A stretch of DNA of 63,275 nucleotides, counting the filler, from Licmophora abbreviata (lineage: Eukaryota): assembly GCA_900291995.1 (NCBI GenBank). It is 15 parts of 15 records of this genome, joined end to end, with 100 filler letters (N's around TTAATTAATTAA, not from the genome) between each part and the next. Parts side by side here need not be neighbours in the genome. Positions count along the whole stretch, not along the records: positions 61,233 to 63,275 come from OLMU01001315.1; 14 more parts are not named here. One strand, written 5' to 3'. Below, piece after piece: positions 61,532 through 63,275 of the stretch. Positions within the stretch are counted from its first letter, which is position 1. Each line of letters opens with the position of its first letter. A program made the translations under genes and the position numbers. The notes beneath the pieces were generated by a model. It saw only the letters and a list, made by a program, of their open reading frames with translations, was not told where the DNA came from and did no database searches.

Positions 61532-61849
61532 GCTTTTCTTTGGCATCAAATTTGGAGGCACTAGATCTGGACCGTCGCTAGCAACTATACTAAGGTGGCG
61601 ACAATCAGATGCGGGCACATCGATCTCAGAGAAGCAGCCGCTACCTTCCGTCCGGACAGAATACGCCGCCCAGTCCATCGTTCTGCGTTGAGTGATGTTG
61701 AGAGAAACTTGAAATTCGAAAATCACAGCTTTTCTGCCAGTTTCTCAAAAGATTTTGACAGAAACTGATCTTCCCCAGCGCGTCGCGACGTGACAATGAG
61801 ATCGGCACGATGAGCGGGAGGTGTGCCGGAGCACCACAGAGCCCCCAGC

Positions 61850-63275
61850 ATGTCTATGCTCCGCACGAGTCTTCTCGTCGGACTGCTTGCAGCTACTACG
61901 TCGACAGTGCGAGTCTATCCAAGACCAATCGGGTTCTTAGTCGCTACGAATGTACGCCGCAATCGGCGTGTCACCCGCGTGCCGTCATGTCCGGAGCACA
62001 GTTCACCCGACGACATTCCCGACCCAATGGCGATGCTGGACCTCCAAGATATCGACCAGATTTCGGCCTTGGTTCACCAAAGGGCTGAAGCTCGACGAAA
62101 AGGTGACTTTGCGGGGGCAGATCGGATTCGCACTGAAATCACCGACATGACACTACCAGACGGAATGAACATCCTACTCCAGGATATTCCACGAGCAAAA
62201 GGAGGAGGGTCCACATGGACACTGACACGTAACGAAACTGCGAAACCTCTGGATGGTCCGACAGTACTGCAGCTGGCCCATGCTGCTCTGGGACTTGCCG
62301 TGGAGTACTCGGAGCGTGGCGTGGAGGTACCATCATCATCCGATGGCATGCTGAACCACTTGGTAGCGATGGCATCGGACCGACTGCGCATGGGCGCTGT
62401 GGTTGAAGCAGAATTGCGAGGGCGAAAAGCGGCCGACGCAGCGTTTTGGTTTGCCCTCGCTGGTGCGACAGATCAGTATCTCTTTGATTCGCTTGCTACG
62501 ATTTGTACCAGAGAGTTGCAGAGGTTTGGCTTGCGACCCTCATGCAGAGCCAAGGATGTATGGCAGGTTCTGGAGCGGTTGTCGGCTGCTGGGATACGAG
62601 ATAGGCCTGACTTGGAACGCATCGCAGAGATGATACTGGTTGCAAAAGGATCCTTTCGTCGTGACGACAATCTACCGAAGCTTCTTGCCTTGCATTCGGA
62701 TCGATGCTTGCTGATGGTTTGGAAGTTTTCGACTCGCCAGCGCAAACAGCGAGCATTTCTGTTATCGGCCATGGTACATTGGGAGAAGCAACAGCGCGGT
62801 TACAATGGACATATATCGGAGCGAGCGGCCCTCAAGGATACCAGACACAACATATCATGGTCTGAAATTTTCACTGATCCAACACGCCCATTGGTAGTCG
62901 ACTTGGGATGCGGTATGGGAGTTTCTCTACTAGGACTTGCAGGTCTAAACGATGACGACACAACACCGTTGATAGATCGCCCAAGTCGCCTAAACTTTGC
63001 AGGAGTCGATCTTAGCGGACTAAGTATCGGTTACGCTCGCGGCATGGTGAAAAAGTTGGGAGCCAGTGGGAGGTTGCACTTCTTCCAAGACAAGGCTGAG
63101 CTCTTCCTCGAGACAGTGCTTGTTTCATACCCCGGTCCCGTGCAGCTCTGCCTGGTTCAGTTTCCAACGCCGTATCGACTTCAAACCTTGATGGGTGTAG
63201 ATGGGAATGAGGGAAACTCACAGCTCCCGGAGAATGCCGCGAGTGGATTCATGGTCACGACGGCTTTACTCGATC
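61850..63275 (+). CDS. SAM-dependent methyltransferase (TrmB-like) with an N-terminal CysRS C-terminal-like helical domain; 3' partial
   Basis: Open frame from ATG 61850 to the window end (absent from the ORF track because it has no stop). Contains LVHQRAEARRKGDFAGADRIRTEI...LQD...GSTW, then WSEIFTDPTRPLVVDLGCGMG, NFAGVDLS and VQFPTPY. Confidence 0.78.
   Translation, partial: MSMLRTSLLVGLLAATTSTVRVYPRPIGFLVATNVRRNRRVTRVPSCPEHSSPDDIPDPMAMLDLQDIDQISALVHQRAEARRKGDFAGADRIRTEITDMTLPDGMNILLQDIPRAKGGGSTWTLTRNETAKPLDGPTVLQLAHAALGLAVEYSERGVEVPSSSDGMLNHLVAMASDRLRMGAVVEAELRGRKAADAAFWFALAGATDQYLFDSLATICTRELQRFGLRPSCRAKDVWQVLERLSAAGIRDRPDLERIAEMILVAKGSFRRDDNLPKLLALHSDRCLLMVWKFSTRQRKQRAFLLSAMVHWEKQQRGYNGHISERAALKDTRHNISWSEIFTDPTRPLVVDLGCGMGVSLLGLAGLNDDDTTPLIDRPSRLNFAGVDLSGLSIGYARGMVKKLGASGRLHFFQDKAELFLETVLVSYPGPVQLCLVQFPTPYRLQTLMGVDGNEGNSQLPENAASGFMVTTALLD

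Overview
Gene-dense eukaryotic nuclear DNA, almost certainly a diatom. Evidence: an FCP/LHC gene, bipartite plastid presequences with an 'SAF' cleavage motif, a diatom-type H3, an HSF gene, and short GT-AG introns. Fourteen 100-nt N/TTAATTAATTAA linkers interrupt it; several fall inside genes, so they are mostly scaffold gaps. I can support about 26 protein-coding genes, among them RAB3GAP2, Mbb1/HCF107-like HAT protein, plastid TPI, ELP6, eIF4E, FAN-like BEACH-WD40, ATG6/Beclin, LHC, LarA-family protein, YchF, DEG/ENaC channel, GH81 glucanase, HSF, RPL10A, H3.3, TMEM87/GOST, ANTH and AKR. The standout is 54421-60377. Eight ORF-track fragments there join in frame through seven introns into one gene of about 1,794 aa (5' end possibly lost in a gap). 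It encodes a possible BAH-like segment, a full RecQ helicase core with RQC Zn module, and a QDE-1-like RNA-dependent RNA polymerase. These are the two cooperating Neurospora quelling/qiRNA enzyme types (QDE-3 and QDE-1) in one chain. Also notable: an intronless DEG/ENaC channel, an intronless LarA-family gene, a CysRS-C-like/TrmB-like fusion missed by the ORF track, a perfect (GGGTTA)3GGG tract, a recurrent intergenic TACC(W)GGTA palindrome, and two inverted-repeat pairs. All calls come from motif recognition by eye; no database search was run, so novelty is unverified.
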